Assembly: GCA_021813025.1 (NCBI GenBank)
Contig: JAKAME010000001.1
Span: forward strand, 2,201 to 66,200
From: Candidatus Micrarchaeota archaeon
Lineage (GTDB): Archaea > Micrarchaeota > Micrarchaeia > Anstonellales > Anstonellaceae
Direction: 5' to 3'
Length of the DNA: 64,000 nucleotides
The first letter of the stretch is position 1. Each line of letters starts with the position of its first letter. The position numbers were made by a program, and so were the translations under genes. The notes beneath the pieces were generated by a model, which was not told the DNA's origin, made no database searches, and worked only from the letters and a program-made list of their open reading frames with translations. Of this stretch, positions 1-9,974 are shown one piece after another.

Positions 1-32
1 TTGGGCATAGAAGCGGAATGGGGAGACGCCAT

Positions 33-1263
33 TTATAATTCATATAACTCTTCGATGCGGCGCACCATGTGCTGGATAGAGAACTCTTCCTTCATCCTCA
101 ATTTCCCGCTGTCGCCCAGGCGGGCGGCCAGTTTGGGGTCGTCATGCATTCGCAGCATGGCGCCCGCCAGTGCCCCCGCATCCCCGGGCGGCACCAGCAG
201 GCCGTTCTTTTCGTGCTCCACAAGCTCGGGAATGCCCCCGACCGAGGTGGAAACGACCGGAAGCCCGGCGAACATGGCCTCTATCAGGGAATAGGGAAGC
301 CCCTCGCGGATTGAGGGGCAGACGAAGAGGTCGGAGGCGCAAAGCCACTGGCGCACCGTTTCCTGCGGGCAGAAGCCTGCGAAAATCACGCGCTCGGAAA
401 CGCCCGCCTGCCGGCAGAGCTCCTCGATGCCCGCCTTGGTCTTGCCGTCCCCAAGCAGGACAAGCTTGGATGCCGGAACTGCCTTGGAGAATTGGGCGAA
501 TGCCTCCACAAGCTCCCTATGGCCCTTGACAAGCTCGAACACCGCAACGTCGCAGATGAGATAATCGCCGCCCGCCACGCCGTTTTCGCGCCTGAATTCT
601 GCAGAATCCAGCTTGCCAATCCGCGCATCCGGCCTGCGGGGGGCGGTGTAGACCACCTGTATTTTTTCGGGCGGAAGGCCGCGGAGGGAGCGCAATTCCT
701 CCCCTAGATATTTTGCATCAGGCAGGAACAGGTCTACCGAGCGCGAAGTGAGGGCGTCCAGCAGGCGGTCGAGGAGCGGGACCTGGCGCGCGAACGGGGT
801 GTTCAGCACGGAGAAAAGGATTTTTTTCGCCCCCGCAAGGCGGCCTGCCAGCGCTGCGGAATGGCAGGAGAATGCTGCCGGGTAGCCGCCGTTCATGAGA
901 TGCAGCACCGAGCCGCGCGAGCCGCGCAAATGGATGAGGAAGAGGAGGGTGTTGGGCAGGTAAAACAGGTAGCGGAAGCCGAAAAGCCCTGCGCGCATCA
1001 GCAGCTTGGCCGACTCTGGCAGGCGGGAGTGAAGAATCCGGTTGACCAGCCCGTTGGCGCTGAAGAAAAAGACGGAGCGCACCGGAATGGAGGGATGGAG
1101 GTTCTGCCGGATGCGGCCAATGAACTCGCGCTGGCCGTTGCACATGAGCAGCACGTCGTATCCGTCCGCGCGGAGCGAGTTGCACAGGTCGAAGAGGCAC
1201 TGCTCGGCCCCGCCGTGCTGCTGGCTCTCCATGAACAATATGATTTTCCTGGGGGCAGTCATG
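33..1263 (-). CDS. Glycosyltransferase family 4 (GT-B fold)
   Basis: C-terminal EGLPYSLIEAMFAGLPVVSTSVGGIPELV...NGLLV motif typical of GT4. ORF trimmed to the MTAPRKIILF start at 1263. Confidence 0.8.
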
Positions 1264-1278
1264 GGATAAACCCGCACG

Positions 1279-2085
1279 TCAGGCTTTTTTAGCTGCTGCC
1301 AGCACCCGGGCGGCCGCCTGCAGACAGAGGCTCTTGTTTTGGCCGTTGCATGCAACCACGCCTGCCTTCAGGCGCCGGGAGGCATAGGAGATTGGCCAGC
1401 CGTCCAAGCCGTATGCAGAGCCGCCGGCTTGGGACAGAATAATTTCCGGGGCGCAGAGGTCCCAGGCGCCAAGGGCTGCGAAAGTGGCGTAGACGTCCGC
1501 CTCGCCCCGCGCGATTAGCCCGAGCTTTATGCCGATGCTGCCGGTTTGCCGCACATGCCTGATGCCGGCAAGTCTGATGAAGTCCTTCTCGCTCTGGGTG
1601 AGGTGGTTTTTGCTCAAAACTGCCCGCAGCTCTGGGGGCAGACGGCGGGGGGAAACCGAGAGGCGCGCGGGCGCCGAGTTGCCGATTGCGCGATAGGCCC
1701 CCCGGCCAGCCTGCGCATACAGCATTTCATCGGACGCGGGCGCGTAGACGGCGCCAAAAGATGGGCGGCCTGAGAGCAGCAGGCCTGCCATGATGCAGAA
1801 CTGCCCGTCATGGCGGATGAAGTTGGAGGTTCCGTCCAGAGGGTCGAGCAGCCAGCATGAGGGGGGAAGGCCGGCGGGGCCCTCGGTTTCCTCAGACACT
1901 ATGGGATATTCCGACAGGCTGGCCAGCCCGTCCTGCAAAACATGGTTGGAGGCATCGTCGGCTTTCGTGACCGGGCTCTGGTCGCTTTTCTCGCCTGCCC
2001 CAAGCTCGCCGGAGCGGTAAATCTCCATCACGGCAGCGCCCGCGCTGCGCATAAGAGGCAGGATGGAGGAGGGCTGCAAATCCAT
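1279..2085 (-). CDS. Inositol monophosphatase / CysQ-family phosphatase
   Basis: IVSEETEG...WLLDPLDGTSNF metal-binding motifs of the IMPase/CysQ family. Sits inside the glycan cluster. Confidence 0.7.
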   Translation of the reverse strand: MDLQPSSILPLMRSAGAAVMEIYRSGELGAGEKSDQSPVTKADDASNHVLQDGLASLSEYPIVSEETEGPAGLPPSCWLLDPLDGTSNFIRHDGQFCIMAGLLLSGRPSFGAVYAPASDEMLYAQAGRGAYRAIGNSAPARLSVSPRRLPPELRAVLSKNHLTQSEKDFIRLAGIRHVRQTGSIGIKLGLIARGEADVYATFAALGAWDLCAPEIILSQAGGSAYGLDGWPISYASRRLKAGVVACNGQNKSLCLQAAARVLAAAKKA

Positions 2086-2183
2086 GCACAGAGGATGGCT
2101 GGATTATTTATTAAATGGGAAGCGCCAAATTGTGGACGGAGCTGGCGGCAAGCGCGAATGGACGGACTGAACGGGGGATCGGC

Positions 2184-2984
2184 ATGCGCGTAATCTACAT
2201 GGCCAAGAACAAGGCCTCATGCATCGGGGGCCTGCGCTACCTGCTGGAGAAGGGCGTGGAGGTGGCGGCAGTGGTTGCCCCGCCCAAGGACGACCCTTCG
2301 ATGGGCGGGCGAAGCCTGGCCGAATTCGCCAAAAGCAGGGGGCTCAGGCTGGCGACTGACCAGGAGCTCTACGATGCGCTGGAAGGCAAGCCCTCGCCGG
2401 TGCCGAAATCGGCTCTGGAAAATGTTGATTTTGTCATTTCTTTCCTGTTCTGGAAGCGCATCCGCGCGCCCCTCATCCGCCTGCCGAAATTTGGGTGCGT
2501 CAATTTCCATCCCGCCCCCCTGCCAGATTTCCGCGGCGTGGGAGGATACAACGTGGCCATATGCGAAGGATTCCCCCAATGGGGCGCTTCAGTCCATTTT
2601 GTGGACGAGGCTCTCGATACCGGCGACATCATCCGCGTAGAGCGCTTCCCCATAGACCAGGAGGCAGAAACCGCCCTGTCTCTGGACCGCAAGACGCAGA
2701 ATGTGCTGCTTGGCATGTTCAGGGATTTCGTTGACCATGCCGTGCGCGGGGAGAAGTTCCCGCGCATGAAGCAGGGCCCGGGCAGGTATGTGAAAAAAGA
2801 GGAATTCGAGGCTTTGCGCAAAATCGGGGCGCATGAGGACGCCGCTTCCATAGGCCGCAAAATACGCGCGTTCTGGTATCCGCCCTACCCCGGCGCCACG
2901 ATTGAGGTGGACGGGAAGGCCTACACGCTTGTTGACGAGAAGATGATGAAAAAAATCGGCGAGATGGTGCACAAGGAAGATTGA
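2184..2984 (+). CDS. Formyltransferase (Fmt/ArnA-N-like), putative sugar N-formyltransferase
   Basis: Formyl-transferase fold with an N-terminal Rossmann-like region and a catalytic segment containing FHPAPLPDFRGVGGYNVAICEG. Context is amino-sugar genes. Start taken at MRVIYMAK. Confidence 0.75.
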   Translation: MRVIYMAKNKASCIGGLRYLLEKGVEVAAVVAPPKDDPSMGGRSLAEFAKSRGLRLATDQELYDALEGKPSPVPKSALENVDFVISFLFWKRIRAPLIRLPKFGCVNFHPAPLPDFRGVGGYNVAICEGFPQWGASVHFVDEALDTGDIIRVERFPIDQEAETALSLDRKTQNVLLGMFRDFVDHAVRGEKFPRMKQGPGRYVKKEEFEALRKIGAHEDAASIGRKIRAFWYPPYPGATIEVDGKAYTLVDEKMMKKIGEMVHKED

Positions 2985-3013
2985 ACAATGACTGGACTAC
3001 GTATATAATTTTT

Positions 3014-4189
3014 TTATTCGTCCATCATCTGCTTCTGGAACAGCTTGGCGTCCAGCGGAATATCGCAAAGCACTTTCACTATGCGCTCTGACGCATGGCC
3101 GTCCCCATAGGGCGAGGCGCAGCGGGCTGTGAGGGATTTGCGGAAAGACGGCGACAGGGCTTTCTTGACAGCTGATTCTATGGCCTTCCTCTCATGCCCC
3201 ACGCTGAGCACGTTGCCCCCCTGCTCCCGGCCTGCCTGCCGGGGGCCGATGTTCACCGCAGGCGTGCAGAACGAGGGGGCCTCCAAAATGGCGCTTGAAG
3301 TGTTGCCAACCATGGCCCCGCAATGCTTCATTAAGGAAAGGTAATCGGCATATGGCACGCTTGGGCAAATCCTCACGAGCGGCAGGCGCTTCCTTCTCTG
3401 CTCGATAACCTCAATCATCTGCCTGCCGCCTGCATCTGAGTTGGGGTAAATCAGCACCGCGGGCAGGCGGAGGCTTTCAAGCACGCTGAGGGTGAGGCCC
3501 ATCTGGGAGGCGGCCGCATCAGGGCTTGTGGAGAGAGGATGCTGCAGCACAAGCAGGAAAGGCTTTTTCGGCTCAAGACCGTATTTGCGGCAGATTGAGT
3601 CTTTAGAATCAAGCTTTTGCGAGAGTATGAAATCCACGGCAGGCGAGCCTGCGCGGAAGATGCGCCACTTGGCCTCGCCCATCCTCAGCAGGCGGGCCTC
3701 GCTCTTCTTTGAAACAGGGAAATGGATTTGTGCCAGCTTGGTAATCGCCCCGCGAGCATACTCGTCCAGCCCGCCGGTGGCATTGTCGCCCCCGTGCAAA
3801 TGGGCGAGGGGGATGGACATGTAGGTGGCGGTGATGGCGGCAGTGAGCATCTCGATGCGGTCGCCCAGCACAAGCACTATGTCCGGTTTGAGGCGCCTGA
3901 ATTCGGCAGCCATTCCCTCCACGCCGCGCGAGATGGAGAGGGTGCGCTCATAGGGCGTTTCTTCCTCTTCGTTCATGTTCTGGACCTCGGCATCCGCATC
4001 GAATCCGTCCGCGCGTATCTGGGCTATGGTGTGGCCAAATCTCTTGAGCAGATGCATGCCGCATACCAGAAGCTGCAATTTCAGCCTAGGCTCTTTCCGG
4101 ATTGCACGAAGCAGGGCTGTGAGGATGCCGTAGTCGGCCCGCGTCCCGGTAATCACGCAGATTTTCCTTTGCATAGTCTGCACCTGCAT
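3014..4189 (-). CDS. UDP-N-acetylglucosamine 2-epimerase (hydrolysing), NeuC/LegG-like
   Basis: KICVITGTRADYGIL N-terminus and GDRIEML...HLHGGD motifs of the NeuC family. Confidence 0.8.
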   Translation of the reverse strand: MQVQTMQRKICVITGTRADYGILTALLRAIRKEPRLKLQLLVCGMHLLKRFGHTIAQIRADGFDADAEVQNMNEEEETPYERTLSISRGVEGMAAEFRRLKPDIVLVLGDRIEMLTAAITATYMSIPLAHLHGGDNATGGLDEYARGAITKLAQIHFPVSKKSEARLLRMGEAKWRIFRAGSPAVDFILSQKLDSKDSICRKYGLEPKKPFLLVLQHPLSTSPDAAASQMGLTLSVLESLRLPAVLIYPNSDAGGRQMIEVIEQRRKRLPLVRICPSVPYADYLSLMKHCGAMVGNTSSAILEAPSFCTPAVNIGPRQAGREQGGNVLSVGHERKAIESAVKKALSPSFRKSLTARCASPYGDGHASERIVKVLCDIPLDAKLFQKQMMDE

Positions 4190-4192
4190 TGC

Positions 4193-5308
4193 TCATGCTT
4201 CTACATCCTTCTTATAGATGGGGGCCCCGCTGGCTATTGCAGTCCTGAGCCGCCGGCCAACCAGAGAATACAATTCCTCTGATTTGAATGCCCCCTCAAG
4301 CATGGGCCGTTTTGAAACCAAATCCTCCTCGTGGATTATGCCGCCTGCCTTCAGCCCGCGGGTGGCGAACACGCTTTTTCGCACCAGCTGCCGCGTTGCC
4401 AGCTCGGAAGGCACGGGTTCTTTTTCATGCCTGCCCAGCATAGCAGCATTCTTGTCCAACAGGTGCCTTGACTCTTCTTGCGCCCGGGGCGTCTTTAACT
4501 CCAGCCTGCGTATGAGGGCGACCATCTCCCCCAGCCCGCCGGGCTCCAGCGAGGCGGCATGGTCAGGGCCCTGCATCTTTCTGTCCAGGGTGAAATGCTT
4601 CTCGATTATGCAGGCGCCCAAGCCGACTGCCAGCGCCGGGGCCTCGATTCCCCTGCTGTGGTCGGAATAACCTATGGGAACCGGAAATTCCTTTTTCAGG
4701 GTCAGGATGTTGTTCAGGTTCAGGGAGGAGGGGGGGGCGGGATATTCGCTGGTGCAGTGCAGGATGGCCAGCTGGGTGCAGCCATTGGACTGCAGGAATT
4801 CGTATGCTTTTCTGACCTCCTGCAGGCTGGACATGCCTGTGGAGAGGATGACCGGCTTTCCGCTCTTGGCAGCAGCCTTGAGCAATTGCAGGTTGGTGAT
4901 TTCACCAGACGGGATTTTGTAGGCAGCCACGCCCAGCTTTTCCAAAAGCTCGAAGCTGACGAGGTCAAATGGTGAGGAGAGGAAGAGGATGCCCTTCTTT
5001 TCGCAATAGGTTTTGAGCGTTCGGTAATCCTCTGCCTTGAGCTGCAAACTCTTGAGCATCTCCTGCTGGTTGGCATGGCGCTTGTCATTGGTTTTCTGGT
5101 ATTGGGCTTTGCCGGCCAAGGGGGAGGCGAGCTGCTCAGCCACAAAAGTCTGGAACTTGACCGCGTCTGCCCCCGCCGCATGGGCCGCATCAACAAGCTG
5201 GAGCGCAAGCTTTACGCTGCCGTTGTGGTTGACGCCCGCCTCGGCTATTATGAAGCACGGATGGCCCCGCCCTATGAGCCGGCCTGCGACTGAGAACTCC
5301 TTCTTCAT
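4193..5308 (-). CDS. Nonulosonic acid synthase (NeuB/LegI/PseI family) with C-terminal SAF domain
   Basis: CFIIAEAGVNHNGS...AVKFQTF signature. The C-terminal portion is consistent with an SAF/antifreeze-like domain. Start taken at MKKEFSV. Confidence 0.85.
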   Translation of the reverse strand: MKKEFSVAGRLIGRGHPCFIIAEAGVNHNGSVKLALQLVDAAHAAGADAVKFQTFVAEQLASPLAGKAQYQKTNDKRHANQQEMLKSLQLKAEDYRTLKTYCEKKGILFLSSPFDLVSFELLEKLGVAAYKIPSGEITNLQLLKAAAKSGKPVILSTGMSSLQEVRKAYEFLQSNGCTQLAILHCTSEYPAPPSSLNLNNILTLKKEFPVPIGYSDHSRGIEAPALAVGLGACIIEKHFTLDRKMQGPDHAASLEPGGLGEMVALIRRLELKTPRAQEESRHLLDKNAAMLGRHEKEPVPSELATRQLVRKSVFATRGLKAGGIIHEEDLVSKRPMLEGAFKSEELYSLVGRRLRTAIASGAPIYKKDVEA

Positions 5309-5368
5309 GAACCTGATTTGGCGGGCCCAAGCATTAAAACCCAAGCATTTTGGGGAGGATTGGTGCGC

Positions 5369-6100
5369 CTATTTCTTCCTGCGCTCGCGGGCCCAAAACT
5401 CGGCCCACTTAAAATCCATTTCGTCGTCAATCTCGATGCTGAACTCGCCCCCCACCACAACGTAGCGGGTCTTGTCCGTGATAAAGCGCTTGAGTTGCTC
5501 GTATGCCGCAGTCTCGATGAGGTAGAACGGGCCGCCGAAGTAGGCCTTGGGCAAATCCTGATGGCGGGCGTAATACTTGTCAGGATAGAGGGCGCGCAGA
5601 AGGCCTGTGCCGTCGTCCACTAGGGTCCAGAACGGCGGGTCCTTGGCCTCGAACACCCCGAACACGCTGTCGCAGCGGGGGTCGGTGCGCAGAATCCCGA
5701 TTGCCTTGGCCACGTCCTCCCGCCGCCTGAACGGGGTGGTGGGCATGAGCAGGGCGAAGGCGAGGGGGTATTTGCCATCCTGCCTGAGCAGGCCCAGCCA
5801 GTGTTCCACCACTTCTTTCATTAGCGAGGTGTCCTTGGCAAATTCGGCAGGCCGCTCGATGGCGCGCGCGCCAGCCTTTTTCGCAAGCTCCAGAATCTCC
5901 GCATCGTCGCTGCTCACATACACCCCGCTGAACAGCCCGCTCTTTATGGCGAAATCGATTGTGTGCAGAATCAGCGGCTTGCCGTCAAGCTCGCGCAGGT
6001 TCTTGCGCGGGATTGTCTTGCTGCCCCCGCGCGCGGGGATGAGGCAGGGCATCTTCAGGCTCTCGAAACCTGGCTTGAATGCGACGGCGCTCTTTTTCAT
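5369..6100 (-). CDS. CMP-nonulosonic acid synthetase (acylneuraminate cytidylyltransferase, NeuA/LegF family)
   Basis: IPARGGSKTIPRKN motif. Start ambiguous between 6052 and 6133. Confidence 0.8.
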   Translation of the reverse strand: MKKSAVAFKPGFESLKMPCLIPARGGSKTIPRKNLRELDGKPLILHTIDFAIKSGLFSGVYVSSDDAEILELAKKAGARAIERPAEFAKDTSLMKEVVEHWLGLLRQDGKYPLAFALLMPTTPFRRREDVAKAIGILRTDPRCDSVFGVFEAKDPPFWTLVDDGTGLLRALYPDKYYARHQDLPKAYFGGPFYLIETAAYEQLKRFITDKTRYVVVGGEFSIEIDDEMDFKWAEFWARERRKK

Positions 6101-6111
6101 ACATATCACCT

Positions 6112-7551
6112 TCATAACAATCTGCTGAACCACTGCAGCATGCGCATGCCCACCTCGCCGCTTTTTTCAGGGTGGAACTGGGTGCCGAAAACATTGCCTT
6201 TGCGTATGACAGAGCAGAATTCCTGGCCCCCGTGCACCGAGCTGGCCAGCACCGAGCCCCCGTCCTCGGGCGCCGCGTAGAATGAGTGCACGAAATAGGC
6301 TTCCGAGCCGTCGGGCACGCTCTCAAGCGGAGTTCCATCCCATTGCGCCCCCTTCGGCTTTGAAATCTGGTTCCAGCCGATTTGGGGCACGCGGTAGCCC
6401 GGCTCCCTGACCTCGGGCACAGGCTTGAACGGCAGCACGCGGCCCGGTATTATGCCAAGCCCCCCATGGCGGCCGAATTCGAGACTTTCGGAGAGAAGCA
6501 GCTGCATGCCGAGGCAGATGCCGAAAAACGGCCGGCCGCTCTTCACATAGCCGCGGATGGGGGCGATGAGCCCGCGCTTTTCCAGCTCGCTCATGCCGAA
6601 CCCGAACGCCCCGTCGCCGGGAAGCACGAGCAGCTGGGCCTGCTCTATCTCGGCCGCGCTCGTCACAAGCTTGACAGGATTGCCAAGGTTGGAGAAGGCG
6701 GTGCGCACGCTCTTGAGGTTGCCCGCGCCGTAGTCGATGATGGAGACCTCTTTTGGATTCGGGGAGGGGTTGGCCTGCACGCGGGCAAGCATTGCCTTCC
6801 TTGTCGCGATGCCGGCGCGCGCCAGCTCCTCCTTCACTCCCCCTATGGTGGCGCGGTTGTAGTGCAGTATGGAGGCAAAGCAGGCGCCGTCGCATCCGGT
6901 TTTGCGCAAGCAGTCGGCCACGTCGGCCCCGTCCCGCGCCCCGCCGCAGGCGAGGACAGGGACTGAAACCGAGGATGCGATGCGGCCCAGAAGCTCGTGG
7001 TCATAGCCGGACATCGTCCCTTCCCTGTCCACCGATGTTACCAGAAGCTCGCCGGCGCCGAAGCCCGCCAGCTTTTTCGCCCATTCCAGCGCGTCAAGCC
7101 CCGTGCGCTCGCGGCCGTTGTCAACGTAGCATTCCCATTTCCCTTCATTGAATTTCGCCTCTATCGAGCCGACTATGCACTGCGAGCCGAAGATTTCTGC
7201 AGCCTTGGTAATAAGTTCCGGGTTTCTGGTGGCTGCGGTGTTGATGGCCACCTTGTCCGCCCCCGCGCGCAGGAGCGTGCGCACGTCCTCCACGCTGCGT
7301 ATGCCCCCGCCAACGGTGACAGGTATGTAGATGCCGTTGGACGCCATGTTCTCCACTATTTCGGTGAGGTTGTTGCGCTCATAGAGGCTGGCCACCGTGT
7401 CTATGTAGAGGATTTCGTCAGCTCCCTGCTCGTAATAGCGCTTGGCCAGAACGGCCGGGCTGCCTATGACGCGCAGGCCCTCGAGCTGGATGCCCTTGAC
7501 GACGTTGGGGCCCTTGATGTCCAGGCGGGGTATGATTCGCACCCGTTTCAT
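6112..7551 (-). CDS. Fused imidazole-glycerol-phosphate-synthase-like protein (HisF cyclase domain N-terminal + HisH glutaminase domain C-terminal), glycan-modifying amidotransferase paralogue
   Basis: N-terminal half [10 protein letters not shown]...VTVGGGIR is HisF-like. C-terminal half [11 protein letters not shown]...[11 protein letters not shown]...FVHSF...QFHPEKS is a HisH-like class-I glutamine amidotransferase. Lies between NeuA and the aminotransferase. Confidence 0.8.
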   Translation of the reverse strand: MKRVRIIPRLDIKGPNVVKGIQLEGLRVIGSPAVLAKRYYEQGADEILYIDTVASLYERNNLTEIVENMASNGIYIPVTVGGGIRSVEDVRTLLRAGADKVAINTAATRNPELITKAAEIFGSQCIVGSIEAKFNEGKWECYVDNGRERTGLDALEWAKKLAGFGAGELLVTSVDREGTMSGYDHELLGRIASSVSVPVLACGGARDGADVADCLRKTGCDGACFASILHYNRATIGGVKEELARAGIATRKAMLARVQANPSPNPKEVSIIDYGAGNLKSVRTAFSNLGNPVKLVTSAAEIEQAQLLVLPGDGAFGFGMSELEKRGLIAPIRGYVKSGRPFFGICLGMQLLLSESLEFGRHGGLGIIPGRVLPFKPVPEVREPGYRVPQIGWNQISKPKGAQWDGTPLESVPDGSEAYFVHSFYAAPEDGGSVLASSVHGGQEFCSVIRKGNVFGTQFHPEKSGEVGMRMLQWFSRLL

Positions 7552-7702
7552 AGCACGACCTTTTAGGATAGAACAAGCCTCATGCGGCCAGCTTCATTTC
7601 AAGCGTTCTGTGGAGACCGACCTTTATAACGTTTAATCGCCGGCGATGGGCGGCTTTTTATTCATTCTATTCGAAATAAAAGCAGGATTTTGGCGTGATT
7701 GC

Positions 7703-8839
7703 ATGCCTTTTCGCATACCCCTGCACAAGCACTTTCATGACGAGGCGGACAGCGAAGCGGTCCTGTCGGTGATCCGCCGCGGCATGCACTGGGCCAACGG
7801 GCCGGAAATAGAGCAGCTTGAGAAGGAGCTGGCCGCGTATTCTGGCCTGCCGCACGCGCTTGCGTTCAGCAACGGCACCTGCGCCCTGCACGCCCTGATG
7901 CTGGCAAGCGGCATTGGGCCGGGCGACGAGGTCATCGTCCCCTCATTCACCTTCATAGCCACCGCCAACGCCGTCCTTTTCACTGGAGCCAAGCCGGTGT
8001 TTGCTGACATCGAGCCAAATACGCTGGCGCTGGACGCGCAGGACGTGCGCAGGCGCATCACCAGGAAAACAAAGGCCATCATGCCGATTCATTATGCAGG
8101 CACGCCCGCCTCGCAAATAAACGGGCTTGCGGCCCTTGCAAAGGAGAAGAATCTTCTGCTTCTGGAGGACGCTGCCGAGTCCATTGGCGCGAAGCTGGGG
8201 GGGAAGATGACAGGCGCCTTCGGAGATGCGGGCGTCTACAGCTTCTGCGCCAACAAGGTGATTACCTCGGGGGAGGGCGGGGCGGTGGTCACCCGCTCTC
8301 GCGAGATGCATGAGAAGCTCAAGCTTTTGCGCTCGCACGGGCGGGCCGAGACTGAGAACTACTTCGAGTCCAGCCAGCACATGGATTACGTCGCTCTGGG
8401 ATACAATTTCCGCATGCCCTCCATGGTGGCCGCGCTGGCCCTCTCGCAGCTGCGCAAGATAGACAAAATAATTTCCCTGCGCCGCTCGGTAGCCCAGCAT
8501 TACGGCCGCCTGCTCGCGCCCCTGAGCGGCGTCACGCTGCCCGCCGACGGCGGCGAACTCTTCAGCGTCTACCAGCTCTACACCATCCGCCTCAAGGACA
8601 GGGCCGCGCGCGACGGGCTGAAGAAGCACCTGGAGGGCGCTGGCATCATGTGCAAGGTGTATTTCGAGCCCGTGCACCTCACCCATTTTTACAAGAACGT
8701 GCTCAAATACTCGGAGCGGCTGCCGGTCACTGAGGAGACCGCCTCGCGCGTTCTCTCGCTGCCGATTTATGCTGACATGAAAAAGGAGGAAATCGAGCTG
8801 GTGTGCGGGGAAATCAAGCGCTATTTCCAGGGGGGATGA
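7703..8839 (+). CDS. DegT/DnrJ/EryC1-family PLP sugar aminotransferase (PseC/LegC-like)
   Basis: Family-typical N-terminus and a PLP-binding lysine region FCANKVITSGEGG. Start moved to MPFRIPL. Confidence 0.85.
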   Translation: MPFRIPLHKHFHDEADSEAVLSVIRRGMHWANGPEIEQLEKELAAYSGLPHALAFSNGTCALHALMLASGIGPGDEVIVPSFTFIATANAVLFTGAKPVFADIEPNTLALDAQDVRRRITRKTKAIMPIHYAGTPASQINGLAALAKEKNLLLLEDAAESIGAKLGGKMTGAFGDAGVYSFCANKVITSGEGGAVVTRSREMHEKLKLLRSHGRAETENYFESSQHMDYVALGYNFRMPSMVAALALSQLRKIDKIISLRRSVAQHYGRLLAPLSGVTLPADGGELFSVYQLYTIRLKDRAARDGLKKHLEGAGIMCKVYFEPVHLTHFYKNVLKYSERLPVTEETASRVLSLPIYADMKKEEIELVCGEIKRYFQGG

Positions 8840-8840
8840 C

Positions 8841-9881
8841 ATGGCACAGAACCTGAAAACATTCTTCGACAAAAAAACCATCCTGGTCACCGGCGGGGCC
8901 GGCTCAATCGGCAGCGAGCTGGTGCGCCACCTGGTCAAGAACTACTCGCCGCGCGCGGTGAGGGTGTTTGATTCCAACGAGACCGCGCTTTTCGAGCTTG
9001 AGCAGGAGTTCGGGGTGGGCAACAGCCCCATCCGCCTGTTCGTGGGCGACGTGCGGGACCGCGACCGCCTGCGCATGGCCATGGACGGAGCCGACCTCGT
9101 ATTCCACGCGGCCGCCCTCAAGCACGTCTATCTCAACGAGTACACGCCCGCCGAGGCCGTCAAGACCAACGTGCTGGGCACCCAGAACGTGATTGACATG
9201 GCGCTTGAGAAAAACGTCGAGCGTGTGATAAACATCTCCACAGACAAGGCAGTGGACCCCACCAGCGTGATGGGCACCACCAAGCTGCTTGCCGAGAAGC
9301 TCACCACCGCGGCCAACGGCCAGCGCGGCTCGCGGCGCACGGTGTTCGCATCCGTGCGCTTCGGCAACGTGCTTGCCTCGCGAGGCTCGGTGCTCCCGCT
9401 CTTCGTCAGCCAGATAAGGAAGGGAGGCCCGGTAACGGTGACAGACCCCAAGATGACGCGCTTCTTCATGACCATTCCGGCTGCGGTGTCGCTCATACTT
9501 GAGGCGACCGCGAGGGCGTCGGGGGGCGAGCTGTTCATACTTCGCATGCCATCGATGAAAATCGGCGACCTGGCCGAGGCGGTGGTGGAGAAATACGCCC
9601 CCCGCCTCGGGCGCAAATCATCTGACATCAAAATCAAGGTGATTGGCGCGCGCAAGGGGGAGAAGATGCACGAATCCCTGCTCACCGAGCATGAGCGCCT
9701 GTTCGCCCGCATGAGCGGCGGGCTGATTTGCATCCATCCCGAAATCCTTTCCAGGCACGGCACCGTGCCGGCGCCGGAGGGGCGGCCGGCGGACTGGGTG
9801 GAGGACGCGCTGGTCAGCAGCAGGACTAACAACCTCTCCAAGGCTGAAGTGCGCAAGATGCTGGACGAAGGCGAGGGCTAG
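8841..9881 (+). CDS. UDP-sugar 4,6-dehydratase, CapD/PseB/LegB-like (short form)
   Basis: ILVTGGAGSIGSEL Rossmann motif and MGTTKLLAEKL catalytic YxxxK-like region of the polysaccharide-biosynthesis CapD family. Confidence 0.8.
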   Translation: MAQNLKTFFDKKTILVTGGAGSIGSELVRHLVKNYSPRAVRVFDSNETALFELEQEFGVGNSPIRLFVGDVRDRDRLRMAMDGADLVFHAAALKHVYLNEYTPAEAVKTNVLGTQNVIDMALEKNVERVINISTDKAVDPTSVMGTTKLLAEKLTTAANGQRGSRRTVFASVRFGNVLASRGSVLPLFVSQIRKGGPVTVTDPKMTRFFMTIPAAVSLILEATARASGGELFILRMPSMKIGDLAEAVVEKYAPRLGRKSSDIKIKVIGARKGEKMHESLLTEHERLFARMSGGLICIHPEILSRHGTVPAPEGRPADWVEDALVSSRTNNLSKAEVRKMLDEGEG

Positions 9882-9974
9882 CGCCGGCGGGCGGGCGGCA
9901 GATTTTTGCGCGGCTTGCAATTAAAACTTCCCCTTATCCGCCTGGCATAAATAACTGCGCCCCGCAATTGGACC

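Noticed and set aside
1-294. 97-aa plus-strand ORF at the window start
   Set aside because: It lies antisense within the GT4 glycosyltransferase gene.
7943-8938. 331-aa ORF antisense to the DegT aminotransferase
   Set aside because: Antisense GC-driven ORF. The sense strand has unmistakable aminotransferase motifs.
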